Assembly: GCA_030264375.1 (NCBI GenBank)
Contig: JASCQW010000061.1
Span: forward strand, 96,309,518 to 96,373,517
Source: Carcharhinus longimanus
Lineage: Eukaryota
DNA length: 64,000 bases
Direction of reading: 5' to 3'
The position numbers were made by a program, and so were the translations under genes. Under the pieces are notes generated by a model. It ran no database searches, was not told where the DNA came from, and saw only the letters and a list, made by a program, of their open reading frames with translations. The first letter of the stretch is position 1; each line of letters begins with the position of its first letter. This document shows positions 14,464-27,308 of this stretch, one piece after another.

Positions 14464-14707
14464 GCTCGACAGACTGGTGGGACTGATTGTGGACAAGTCC
14501 CCAGGACTGGATGGAATGCATCCGAGGGTTCTGAAAGAAANNNNNNNNNNNNNNNNNNNNNNNNNNNNNNNNNNNNNNNNNNNNNNNNNNNNNNNNNNNN
14601 NNNNNNNNNNNNNNNNNNNNNNNNNNNNNNNNNNNNNNNNCCATGATCTTATTGAATGGCAGGGCAGGCTTGAAGGGCTAGATGGCCTACTCCTGCTCCT
14701 ATTTCTT
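14464..14707 (+). mobile_element. CR1 LINE (gapped) nested in the Penelope-like tail
   Basis: Encodes DKSPGLDGMHPRVLKE (CR1 ORF2) before the N-gap. CR1 3' end gatggcctactcctgctcctatttctt follows the gap. Confidence 0.85.
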
Positions 14708-16449
14708 AACGCGGCATCTCCACATCAGAATTTCAGGCATGCAGGACAGAGCTCCTCAGATATAGCTACACTGACTCGGAGGGCTCGATAACTTGAAGGG
14801 GTGTCTTACGGCTACCTAATGCTGCCCTGTCAAAAGTTTTATTTAAAGTTAGGTTTTAATGGCAGTTTAATCTGTGGAAAAGCATTATGTTGCATCTAAT
14901 AGCATTTTCTGAATCAAATTTAGTTTTAAACTTTGCTTTCCTCTGTAAGGAAGTTTGTGGCAAAAGTGCTTTTCTTTATAAAATATAACATATATTTATG
15001 TACACACAATAATGGCCAGTTATGCTTAACTTTAATTATAGTTGAGTAAACCTTTATTTTTATAATGCATTTTTCAATAAAGAGCCATTAAATTTTCTAA
15101 ACATAAAAATAAGTTTATTAATGTGATTCAGAAATTGGGTAGAGATTGACCCCAAGATTCTACTGTATTCTAGAGGCCCTGATGAAGGCAACTCAGTAAG
15201 TAACTGGCAAGCACTACTGGAAGGGCAAACCGGCCCTGCACCTGGACTGTACCTCAGCCCTTCAGTGTTTGTGGTGCTGGGCTATGCACAAACACAGGTG
15301 CTCCCTCGGTGCTCAAGCTCATTTGAAAAGGCGTCACAAAGAATGGGCAGGGTGTTGCCAGCCGAAGAACCACACTTCCCAGGCAATTGTACCATAGAGT
15401 TGAATGCAAAAAAAACCTCACATGACTGCGTTCCTTCTGCTCAATCAACAAACCTGCAGATGGCATTTTCTAAAACTGGCCACAAGGAAGAACACTCAAC
15501 CGCAAGGTTTTGGGAAATGAAATCCCCACCTCAGGAAGCAATAAGTGTCCATGCCTTTGATTGGCTTAATAAACTAATACCTGAGGCAACCAGGCCCACA
15601 GGACTCCACAGCAGTGGTGATGACAGAACAATGGCAGAGTGCTTTTATATGAGCCAGACACCAGTACTCATGCTCAAATCCCACCATGGCGGAATTTAAA
15701 TTTAATGAATAAATCTCAAATAAGAAGCAAGCCTCAGGAATAATGATCATAAAAAAACTATTGATTCTCATTAAAAACTTGTCTGGTTCACTCATATTTC
15801 AGGGATGGAGATGCCTTTACCCAGTCTAGTCCAGGCATGACTCCAGACTCACAACAATGTGCTTAATTCTCAATTACCCTCTGAAAACATCTCAGTTATA
15901 TTAATCCGTTGAGCAAAGTTGAGTGAGGATCATCTCGCATCGACTAAGGCACTGGAAAGGACCAAAGTACACCTGTCTAATTGACCTTGCAATGTGCTAA
16001 TATCAGGGAACTTGCTTCAAAAACAGGACAGCTGACCCACAGAAAAATCACTCAACAGTCTAACATAGTCTCCTACTCAACAATTCATATGTCATGGCCA
16101 ATGTCCTAGACTTCATTCATCACCATCCCCATCACTATCCTGTCCCATTGGCAACCCACCAGAAGTGGGCACAGAGGCACATAATTAGAAGGGAGTTGCC
16201 CTGGGAGTTTTCAACATTGGCTTTGGACCCCATGATATCTCATGGCATCAGAACAAAAATGGGCAAGGAATCCTGCTGATCAACTATAACCACCCTCAAC
16301 TGGTGAATCAGGGTTCCTCCATGTTGAACACAGCTTAGACAAAACAAGAGTACAGAATGTCGTTGAGATGGGAAACCTCAACATCCATCAGCAAGATTGC
16401 TTGGGCAGCATCACCACTGCATAACACGTGCTGTGGGGTGCATGATGGC

Positions 16450-17943
16450 AACTGTCTGTGAGGAGTTTGCATGTTCTCCCCACGTTTGCATGGGTTTCCC
16501 CTGGGTGCTCCAGTTTTCTCCCACAATCCAAAGATGTATTTTAAGTGGATTGGTCATGCTCAATTACCTCTTAGCGTCCAAAGATGTGCAATTAGGTGGA
16601 TTAGCTATGATAAACGTGTGGAATTACAGGGATAGGGTAGTGGAGAGGGCCTGAGTCTTTTAAAAGACTTTTTCTGGATGAGTATATGGGATCTAATGGC
16701 ATTGCAAGTTACAGATAGTTCTATGGCTTGGTAGGTATAGATGTGATCAGAGCAACTTGTGGGCCGAAGGGCCTGTTTGTGCTGTAGTGTTCTATGTTCT
16801 ATATCACAGGAGAGCTGTTACAATAAATAACTTGTCACATCACAGGGAGCAAATCACCTTTCCATCCCTTCTAAACTTGAAAACCTTTTCCTAATATTGA
16901 AAAGATTTTATTTAATAGTTTCATCTAGATAGCAGCATAAAATATTGTTAAACAGGTTGTATCTTTATCATACCACTAAATGATGGATGTTGTTTCTATA
17001 ACTGAAGTTAAAATGGGATTCCTCCTCATCTTGAAGCTTCAAAGACTCATCATCTAATATAAAAACATGAAATAAATTAGTGGAATTCTTAACATGAAGG
17101 CATCTCGAGTTACAATTGTCTTAATTGCGAATGGCTCGCTAACTGGTTATTTTTCCTCCATTCCTAACTCTATATTTGCCTTTGCTGCTGAGCTGGCATG
17201 CAGGGAATTCTGAAAGTATAATGTATGGAATTTCCATCACTAACATTAGGAGACTATTTAACATTAAGAGACTCTCTTTTTGGACAGCACAGTAGGTTAG
17301 CACTGCTGCCTCACAGTGCCACAGACCCAGGTTCAATTCCAGCCTTGGGGGACTGTCTGCATGGAGTCTGCACGTTGTCACCATGTCTTCTTGGGTTTCC
17401 TCCAGGTGCTCCGGGGATTTCCCCAAACAATCCAACAGTATTTAAATATTAAACATTTCAATTATGTTGCAAGCCTGTTCTTGTTTCCATAGATATGTTG
17501 CAATTTCAGTAATAATCCTTCTCGCTGTTCATACGGGGCAGCATGGAGACACAATGGTTAGCACTGCTGCCTCACAGTGCCAGGGGCCTGGGTTCAATTC
17601 CTGGCTTGGGTCACTGTCTGATTGGAGTTTGCATGTTCTCACCATGTCTGCTTGGGTTTCCCCTGAGCACTCCAATTTCCCCCCCAGATCGNNNNNNNNN
17701 NNNNNNNNNNNNNNNNNNNNNNNNNNNNNNNNNNNNNNNNNNNNNNNNNNNNNNNNNNNNNNNNNNNNNNNNNNNNNNNNNNNNNNNNNNNGGTAGGTAT
17801 AGATGTGATCGGCGCAACTTGTGGGCCGAAGGGCCTGTTTGTGCTGTAGTGTTCTATGTTCTATGAGTAAGGTGCTCTGTCAGAGAGTCGATGCAGATTC
17901 AATGGGCTGAATGGACTCCTTCTGCACTGTAGGGATTCTATGA
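16450..17943 (+). mobile_element. Cluster of HE1-type SINE pieces (16450-16656, 17283-17420, 17517-17690, 17865-17943) with two CR1 tails
   Basis: SINE core motifs. Near-identical CR1 tails at 16730-16802 and 17792-17864. Confidence 0.75.
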
Positions 17944-18634
17944 AATATGCACCTTAGCTCTCTAAATTAAGGTGTTCTGGAGTCTGATGTATGGATTAAA
18001 TATCCATTTATCCAAAGTTAACTTTTTTTTAAATTTGGAAAATGGTTACCAAATATACATTAATCAAACACGTGGGACACCTGACTGGGCCTGCACTATC
18101 AGCAATAGGAAATAAATAACCAATAAAAGATATTTAAAACATATTTAGCTATCTAGTACATGATTGATTGGTTAGTGATTGTGTAAATAAACAAAGATCT
18201 AATTAATGGAAGTTAACAGTCACAGGGGTTCAATAGGGTTCCTAAATAAGAAAAGGAACAAACATTGTTAAACAAATCAAGTGAACTTTAAACCCTTTCA
18301 GATAAACTCAATGTGATCTGAAAACTAAGTAGGGCAGAAATCTTCCTTTAAATACACAATCCAGCGAGTATTCTAATTAATTCACCTTTCTGAGAAATAA
18401 AATGAGATGCTTTCTCTCCTGTTCGTTACCACTATAATTCCTATGTTCTTATTTAGCTTTGGAATATGACAGGTTTTTTTTGTTTTTAAAAGTCTGTTGG
18501 TAAGCTGCCAAGACAGACTTTCATTGTCATCACGGACTCCCGCAAATGATAATGCATTGAAAATATGATTTTCGCATGAATTAATGATACTGGATGATGA
18601 TTCGTCCTCTCACAAATTTTAAAAATATTCTGTC

Positions 18635-19265
18635 CTCATCAACGTCCTGGGGGTTGCCATTGACCAGAAACTGACCTGGACTAGCCACATATATACTGTG
18701 GCCACCACAGCAGATCAAAGGCTAGGAATCCTGCAGCAGGTAACTCATCTCCTGACTCCCCAAAGCCTGTCCACCAATTACAAAGCACAAATCAGGAGTG
18801 TAATGGAATACTTTCTACTTGCCTGGATGACTGCAGCTCCAACAACACTCAAGAAGCTTAACACGATTCAGGACAAAGCAGCCTGCACAATCATTCACTC
18901 CCTCCACCACTGACAAACAGAAACAGCCATGTGCACCATCTACAAGATGCAATGCAGGTTCCTGAGGCAGCACCTTCCAAACCCATGACTACAAACATTT
19001 AGATGAACAAGAGCAGCAGGTACCTGAGAACACCACTACCTCCAAGTCACTCACCATCCTGACTTGGAAATATTTTGCCATTCCTTCACTGTCGCTAGAT
19101 CAAAACCCTGGAGCTCCCTCTCTAACAGCACTGTGGGTGCAGCTACACCTAAGGGACTGCAGCAGTTCAAGAACGCAGCTCACTATCACCTTCTCAATGG
19201 CAATTAGGGATGGGCAATAAATGCTGGCCGAGCCAGCAACATCTATATTCCATAAATGAATTTGA
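18635..19265 (+). mobile_element. Same second LINE family, 3' fragment
   Basis: YKAQIRSVMEY..AWMTAAPTTLKKLNTIQDKAA. Tail gggcaataaatgctggcc. Confidence 0.85.
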
Positions 19266-20319
19266 AAAATTACATTCCCATGATTGTGTTGTTATCAACA
19301 TCATTTGTTTTTACACAAGATGTTGGGAATGCTCATTACATAGCACAACATTGTCACATTTTTTCTAGAACTAAGGCCAGAAATGTCCTGGCTTTCAGCA
19401 TTTCCAAGTAATAAAGATATTGAAACTTTTTCTCCTACTCCCACATCCCAAACAATGAGAGATTCAATTAATTTCAAAGTGCTACACACAGGAAGGGGAA
19501 ATGAGCATTGCAAATACTTCCCAGATGGCATCAGAACTAGTTTAGCATAGAAATGAATGAGATTCAAGAATCTTAATTCATTCAATATGAAATGTCTACA
19601 ACCCATGCAAAGCGGCAATCAATGAAGCTAATGGAATATTGAACTGCATGGGCGAGGAATAGAATATAACGTGAGGAAATCATAATCAAACTATGCAGCA
19701 CTCTGGGCAGACCACAGCTCGAGTACTTTGCTCAGGTCTGGTCACCGAGAGTCAAGCTCAAAGCTCAGCAGCTGGAAGCAGCACACAGAAAGCGCGCATC
19801 GCTGATGGTCACTATCATAGAAATGTTTGCCATTTTCTTGCATATTAAACACATGGCAATGTGTTTAATATGGCAATCTACCAGAAGATACAAAGAACAA
19901 AGAACAAAAACAGCCCGGGAAACAGGCCCTTCAGCCCAATGAGCCCGCGCCACCATCTTAACACCACCAGTCCCCCCCTCCACCCATGACCCTTNNNNNN
20001 NNNNNNNNNNNNNNNNNNNNNNNNNNNNNNNNNNNNNNNNNNNNNNNNNNNNNNNNNNNNNNNNNNNNNNNNNNNNNNNNNNNNNNNNNNNNNNACACAC
20101 TAACGACATGAAGCACTAGGCCAATCTCGAACAACCAAGAGCAGCCCAAGTACGACCCATCGCGTGTATGCGATGAACAAGTATAAGATGTAAAGAACAA
20201 AATACACTTGCCTTTCTCAACATTTCACAATGTTCCGCAGCTAATGAAGCACATATGAAGTGTGGTCATTTTTCCAATGCTGAGAATTGTAATTCACACC
20301 TAGAAAGGTTATAGAATCT

Positions 20320-21112
20320 GAAAAACTTACAGCACACAAGGAGGTCATTTAACCCCCTCTGTACCTGTGATGGCTGACGCACAGCCAACCAGCCTAATCC
20401 CACTTTCCAGCTCCTGACCTGCAGCCCTGCAGGTTACAGCACTTCAAGTGCACAACCAACACATTTTCTGAGGATTTCTGACTCTTTTCAAGCAGTGAGT
20501 TCCAGGTCTCCATCACCCTTTGGGTGAAAATTTTCCTCTCTAAACCCTCTAGCCAAAATTGATATCCTCTGGTTTTGGACCCTCAGCCAAGGGTCCTCCT
20601 ATCCACTCTATCTAGGCCACTCATAATTTTACAAACTTCATTGAGCTCTCCTCTCAATCTCCGTGGTTCCAAAGAAAACAACACTAATCTATCCAATCTT
20701 TCCTTAAACAGCAACGAGATATATGACAAGAAAATGTTTTACCAATATTGGTTGATGGAATAACATTGGCTGAACAAGAGAACACTCCTGGACTTCTCCA
20801 AGTAGTTCCATGTCCTATTGGAGAGGTAGACTGTGGTAAATTGGTTAGTGCAGACCTCTCTGCGATCCACACCCATCAGACCACTTACATGTTCCTCCAA
20901 ATCGTTTTTATATATTACAAACAACAGAGATCCCAGCATTGATCTTTGTGGAACAGACCTCCAGTCAGAAAAGTACCCTTCCACTGCTACCCTCTGCTTT
21001 CTGTGCCCAAGCCAGTTTTGTATCTATCTTACCAGGTCTCGTCGGATCCCACATGACTTCAGCCTCTGTATCATGAGGAACCTTATCGAAGGTTTTACTC
21101 AAGTCCACATCA
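20320..21112 (-). mobile_element. CR1 LINE fragments
   Basis: DLSKTFDKVPH and VPQRSMLGSLLFVIYKNDLEE reverse transcriptase motifs, plus tail. Confidence 0.8.
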
Positions 21113-21277
21113 ACACGTATGCACGCACCCACTCGCACACTATTTTTATTACTTACTCTTTTTAAACTTAACAATTTATTGCTATGACATTGCTGTACTT
21201 TTGCTCAGCAATTGTTTCTTTCTCCAAAAACTCAACTCTTTTTAAAAAAAATTCAGTTAATTTTTGTCCCAAACTGC

Positions 21278-22140
21278 GAGTGCGATTCTTCCAGGCTGCT
21301 ACGCTCCACTGTCAGGAGATTCAAGCAGAGGCCATGTTGCAGGCTTCTCAGAGTCTCCGGCCATCGGATTTACGGCACCGTCAGCTCCACGCCAGAAATA
21401 GGCACGGAGCTGTATAATGTATTCAAATACTGAAGTCTCAGGCCTACTGGAATCCCCTCTCCCACCAGGAGTGGTTCCCTTCAGTGGGTTTACAATAGCT
21501 TCCCACTAGTGGGGAGTTGACAGCCCGACCCCGCTGGAGTGATGGTGGGGCCATGGAGGACCCTCAGGAGGTTGGGGTAAGGGATCCCCTGGGCATTGCT
21601 AGCATGGCAGTGCTAGCCTGGCCCCCGGCACTGCATAAGGCACAAGGTGGCACTGCCTACTGGGCAATCGGTAAGTGTGGGGGTCCCACTGCCATTCTGC
21701 ATGTAGCAGTGACAGAGAGGGGCCAGCGACCAGGGTTGCTGATTTGAGAGGGTTGGGAGGCTGGGAGGGTTGGGAGATTTGAGAGGCTGATTTGAGGGGG
21801 GCATCGAGGTTGGCCCATGATCGGCGCCTTGGGGGTGTCTGCGTGCCAGCAATATCAAGGGTCATGGAGCTGGCCAGCCATCGAGCTGGCCAGCGATCGG
21901 GATGTCAGCAGTGCGGGGCAGTGCTGATTTCAGTGCAGGCGCAGTGGCCTGCTCGGCTGCCAGCCTCTCCAGCAGGAATAGACCCTGCTCACAGATTTTA
22001 AATTAGATTTACACTAGTGCACTCTGCAGTGCAGAGTATGGGAGATTCATTTTGAAAATCTCACTGAAAGAAACCAGTAGGATTTACTACAGTTCTTATG
22101 TGAGTTTGACACTTGGAATTTTTTGGGAGAATCCCACCCC
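21278..22140. mobile_element. GC-rich non-autonomous DNA-transposon-like element
   Basis: Ends gagtgcgattcttcca / tgggagaatcccaccc form imperfect terminal inverted repeats. GC-rich interior with no credible ORF. Confidence 0.55.
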
Positions 22141-23152
22141 TCGTGTTTCTGAAATTTGCTCATTTGGTCCCTGGAATGACAAACATATGCAAATATCAAC
22201 CTCACCACCCCCTCCCCCCAATTGAGCCTCGTTTTGTGCCCCTCTCAATAGATGGCACCTGACTTAGTGCTGAATGCTCCCAGCTGAGGCATGAGATTGC
22301 AGTGAGCCCCAATAATGGATCAGCGGAACAGTCAGTGCAGAGAACCTCAGGTAACTGTTGACGGGAGTTGAAGCAGCGCCCACTTTTTCTAGGCCCTGTG
22401 TTTTTTCACAAATCAAAATGCCCATCTTATGCATGCCACAAATGGGATGATGCAAAACTAAAAATGTACTAGAGGCTACACAGAACGCCCAGCTCCTATG
22501 TCATTCCTTGAACAATTATATTTAGATTAATATCCAAAACCAAATTTCCATCACCTGCCTCATCACAGATCAAAGACTCTGCCTACATTCTTGTCAGCAG
22601 TAGGACTACATCCTATAGCACGATAAAGCAGTTGCAATTGCTAAAACAGACTGAGCAAATATATAAAAATTACTGATGGAAGAAAGAAAACCGTAATTGA
22701 CAGAACCCCAAGAAGGAAATTTGCTCTGCAACATCTGTCTGGTCTCTGCGCACTCCTGTCCGGAATGAATGTTGACAAGGATTAATTCAAAACCCAAAAC
22801 TTAATGAAGAATTTACCACCAAGCAAGAACTCATCAACAGTGGAACAGGAGAAAATCTCCATAGATATTTTGTTCTGAGAATAAGTCGGCACCTTAGTCA
22901 CTGTTCCTCCTGAGCAATAAGCATGGGCCTTCCAATACAATAGTTTAACAAGATGTTATGTTGGAGCATTAGGAACAGCATTTACATACAATTCAAAAAT
23001 GCTGCTCAGAGCAAATAAACTTCACTGCAACTGGACAATTTAATCAGATCCACTAAAAAAAATTGGCTATTAGCATAACTGGATTTTCACAGTAACTTCA
23101 TTGCAGTGTTAATGTAAGCCTACCTGTAACTAATAAATAAACTTTACTGTAT

Positions 23153-24039
23153 TGTTCTGCCTCTGAAATTGTTTCAGTTTCATTTAGGCTTTGTTTATGA
23201 ATTTTGGCTCCTGGGTGGGGGTGGTGGGGGTCTTTTGGGTAATTTTGGCTCCTGGGTGCCTGAATGGATTTGTGATTGAAAGGTTTCGGGTCTTTTGGAT
23301 TTGTTTGTGTATATTAATTTTTAATGAGGTTTTACAACCCTGAAGTTAAAGAGATAGGTTAAAATGGGTTGAATGTTCAGTGAACAGAAAAGGGAATAAA
23401 TAGAAAAGTTTCTTTGTTACCGAGTGACAGTGGTCCAGTGACATAGACACACAAAGAATGATAGCTGTAAAAAGGGAGTGTTCAGTGTGTGCCAGAAAGA
23501 GAAGACAGGGATTTGAAGAAAAACTGTAATGCTGGTGGGATAGTAGTTAATCAGCTGTGGAACTCAGTAAAGTGACCAGGTTAGTGGAGAGGCTACTGGA
23601 GGACTAACTTTAGGAAACTCATTTGTTAACTTTGCGAAGAAACAGTGAATTTCGAGTAAGGTTTTTAGGTCTCTCGGGGAAGATGCGAGGTGGGTGAGAA
23701 GCATTCAGTGCATGCTCCAGAATTCACTGGGATAAAACCTGTGCTAGCCCCGAGCAAGAAGCATTTGTGCCAAGCTAGTGGTAACTCTTCACTTGTTTTC
23801 ATGCATGTAAAAATATTTCTGGGGGTGAAGGAGTAAAGCGAATTTGGATCATCTTCTTATAAAGAGCTCTTTCCAATCTATCTGGTGTGATACAGTCAAC
23901 TTTTCTTGATTAATAAATATTGAATTGTTCATCAAAAAATCAAGAGCAAACTCTTGTGAATTTGAACAGTAACTTTCCTCAATGGTTTCTCATAATAAAA
24001 GTTAGGATCTATTAAGGCAGGTCAGCTGGGATCATAACA
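23153..24039 (+). mobile_element. Probable solo LTR (~887 bp)
   Basis: TGTT...AACA termini, flanks ctgtat / ctgtac, AATAAA at 23912 and 23994, internal 18-bp duplication (23200, 23241), no coding sequence. Confidence 0.6.
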
Positions 24040-24463
24040 CTGTACATCTAATAGATCATCTATCTGTAAATTTCATCTGTGAAGCTTAATAGAAGATTGA
24101 AATCATCATCAGCATTGTACTGACATGCATCTAGCTCGCAAAATACTTTTCATCTGACTTTATTTTGCTGAGGAGGTGACAAATGCCAAGCTCGTACCTT
24201 GTATTCCCTTTGGTAACGATGTAATCCACGATCGGATATTCAATTCTTTTTTTCCACTGGCTGTAATGTCCAGGTTCAGAAAACATCAGTGGGCAATCAT
24301 AAAGTGACAATTTGTTTTACATCCATTCAGTTTTCTTTGGGCAGTGTATAAAAGAGGCTGTTGGTTTATTGTAAGCCCTCTTGTTCTACCACCTGAGATG
24401 AATTTCCTACCCTCTTATTTGAATCTTGACTGAAACATCTATTTGAATAGGTTTACCATCACA

Positions 24464-24918
24464 GGGAGAATTTTCCCAGCCCGCCCAGCACGGGAATCGT
24501 AGCGGGCATGGGGCTGGGCCATGCATAGGTCTGTTGACCTCGGGCAGGATTTTACAGTTTTGGGGCAAGTGCGGCCAGAGAATTCTGCCTCACGTCTTTG
24601 CTTTCGCTCCCTTCCTGCTCTCTTTTTAAAGAACACGGCTGTACCAGCTTGCTCTGCCATTCTTAAAAATTTCTACATCTGTAAGAACATTAAAATCTGA
24701 CAACAAATATACTTAGAAATATTTCTATTGCACACATGTCCCCATATTGGCTCTCAGTGAAGCGACAGTCTGGGTGGGATTTTCCATCCGCGCTCATCCC
24801 AAAACTGGAAAACCCTGCCCAAGGCCAATAGACTTTTGCATAGTGCAATCCCCACCGACTTCTACACCACCACCCCGCCATAATTCCCTTGGAGGATGGA
24901 ATAGGAAAATCCCCCTCC
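24464..24918. mobile_element. Two MITE-like copies in inverted orientation (24464-24590, 24772-24918)
   Basis: GGG..(G/A)ATTTTCC-type termini. The second copy is the reverse complement of the first. Confidence 0.65.
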
Positions 24919-25139
24919 CACTTCAGTTCACATCCTTGTGTTCAAATCCTTCCTTTCCTAGGGTATCCTTCTCTATTTCTGTAATCTCCACCAGCCCTAC
25001 AACCTGCATTCCTCTAATTCTACTCTTTTGCACTTTATAACTGCTCCACCGTCGGTGTCTGGACTTTCAGTTGTCTCAGTCCCAAGCCTTGGAATATCCT
25101 CCCTACTCTCTCTACTTCACTGCGAGTTCCAGCCATTGA

Positions 25140-25686
25140 ATCAGACAGCACAGAAAAGCCTCTTCGTCCCCTTGAACCTGCACTGACAATAACTACCACT
25201 AAAGTCATGCAATCCCATTTTCCTGCACTTGTCCCATATCATTGAATGTTATGATATTTCAAGTACTCATCCAAATACTTTTTAAAGATTGTAAGGTTTC
25301 CAGTCTTCACAAATAGTACATTCCAGGTTCCCACCACCTTCTGAGTGATTTTCTTTTCTCAGTACCTCTGAATCTCCTGCCCCTCACCCTAAAAGTATGA
25401 TTGACCCCTCAACCAAGGGAGAATAGCTGTTTCTTTTTCACCCTGTCCATACCCCTCATAACCTTATACACCTCAATCGTGTCCCCCTTTAGCCTTATCT
25501 GCTCTATAGAAAATAATTCAAGCCTAACCAGTCTTTTCTTATAGCTCAAATGCTCCAGATCAGGCAACATCCTGGTGGAATCTCCTCTGTATCCCCTTTG
25601 GTGCAATCACATCCTTCCTAGAGTGAAGGAACCAGAACTGCACACAATACTCCAACATTCTGTAAAACCCCAATATAACCTCCTTG
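25140..25686 (-). mobile_element. CR1 LINE 3' fragment
   Basis: TRMLPDLEHLSYKKRLVRLELFSIEQIRLKGDTIEVYKVMRGMDRV. Confidence 0.85.
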
Positions 25687-25972
25687 NNNNNNNNNNNNNN
25701 NNNNNNNNNNNNNNNNNNNNNNNNNNNNNNNNNNNNNNNNNNNNNNNNNNNNNNNNNNNNNNNNNNNNNNNNNNNNNNNNNNNNNNNNNNNNNNNNNNNN
25801 NNNNNNNNNNNNNNNNNNNNNNNNNNNNNNNNNNNNNNNNNNNNNNNNNNNNNNNNNNNNNNNNNNNNNNNNNNNNNNNNNNNNNNNNNNNNNNNNNNNN
25901 NNNNNNNNNNNNNNNNNNNNNNNNNNNNNNNNNNNNNNNNNNNNNNNNNNNNNNNNNNNNNNNNNNNNNNNN

Positions 25973-26019
25973 GTGGGGGGGGGGGGGGGGGGGGGGGTGG
26001 GGGGGGGGCGGGGGGGGGG
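25973..26019 (+). repeat. Poly-G tract at a gap edge
   Basis: Seen directly. May be a sequencing artefact. Confidence 0.5.
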
Positions 26020-26794
26020 TGAAATCACAATTAAAGCCCCTAAGAATAATATCTGCATTATACTGGAGCCTATGTTGACATATCTTAAACCCAAGGTTAA
26101 CTAACAGTACATATCAGAGGTCAAAGGGATACTGTTCCAACCTGTATGACAAATTACTTCTCTGGTAATTCTGTGGTACAAAGTCGGTCTTTAAAACAGG
26201 CAACATAACACTAAGAGCGTAAAAACCAATTAAAATTAAAACAGCAGAGAAAGAAAAAGACATGGTATGGGAAGTGGGCAGTAGATTTCCAGAATATCGT
26301 ATAAATTATTATTCAGCCATTAAGCTGTCCAACACTTGAAATCAAGCACTAATTATCATTCAACTCTCGAGAATGAAGATGAAGTAATTTCTCAAAATTA
26401 GGACACAGTTGAAAGGTTTTTACTTTTACTGCCACAGATTGTACTCTCTGATCGTTACAAATCCACAACAATAAGCTGCTCTGCTGCTCTCAGAGTAAAT
26501 TAACTGCGAGGTGGGGCATGTGCCATAAAGATCAAGCTTCCTTTCAACCTTCCGCTAACCACCCTCCTCCAGTTTCTGACAATTTGTGCGCCTGAACTGT
26601 TAGCATTCCCAATTGTAAAGGAATAACTTACTGTCTATTAGAGTGACAACAAGGTGGATTTTATAGTGGATAAAAGTATTAAAAACAGCATCAAGACATT
26701 TAAATTGGAAAGTGGGGAGTAGAGCAGGTATGAGGCTAAGAATCCTGCAGTTGTTAGCCACCTCCAGATTCTCCAAAGATCTGTCCACTATCTC

Positions 26795-27308
26795 CAAGAC
26801 AAAAGTCAGGAGTCTGATGGAAAATACTCAATTTGCTTGGAGTACAGCTCTAACAGCACTCAAGAAGCTCAACACTATCTAGGATAGAGCAGCCTGCTTG
26901 ATTGGCACCCCTTCTACAAATATTTACTACCTTCACTACCAATGAACAATGGCAGCAGTGTGTACCATCGACAAGATGCACTATAGGAGCTCTCGGAGGC
27001 TCCTGAGATAGCACTTTCCAAACTCACAACCACTACCATCAATAAGGACAAAGGCAGCAGGTACATGGGAACACACCACGTGGAAATGCGCCTCGAAGTC
27101 ACACCTTCCTGACTTGGAAATATATTGCTGTTTCTTCACTGTCGCTGGGTCAAAATTCTAGAACTCTCTCCTTCGCAGCACTGTGGGCATAGCTACACCA
27201 CATGGCCTGTAGCCGATCAGGAAGGCACCATCACCTTCTCAAAGGCAATAAGCAATGGGCAATAAATCCTTGTCTAGCCAGCGATGCCCTCACCAAGAAT
27301 GAATTTAA
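26795..27308 (+). mobile_element. Same second LINE family, 3' fragment
   Basis: Collinear similarity to 18780-19260. Confidence 0.8.

Larger units (their letters stand above)
14245..14728 (+). mobile_element. Fold-back Penelope-like non-autonomous element, with a CR1 fragment nested in its tail
   Basis: 99-bp inverted arms (14243-14341 and 14351-14449, 4 mismatches). Tail accccagtcc..aacgcggcatctccacatc is split by CR1. TSD aatttcaggca at 14234-14244 and 14729-14739. Confidence 0.8.

Noticed and set aside
15178-15230. CTGATGA as another hammerhead
   Set aside because: No stem II followed by GAAA.
16950-17150. GRHL-like sites AACAGGTT and AACTGGTT as autoregulation
   Set aside because: Several degenerate 8-mers are expected by chance in 64 kb, and no perfect AACCGGTT was noticed.
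25973-26019. G-quadruplex or poly-Gly/Pro ORFs
   Set aside because: Abuts a long gap. Poly-G is a common sequencing artefact and the ORFs are made of Ns.
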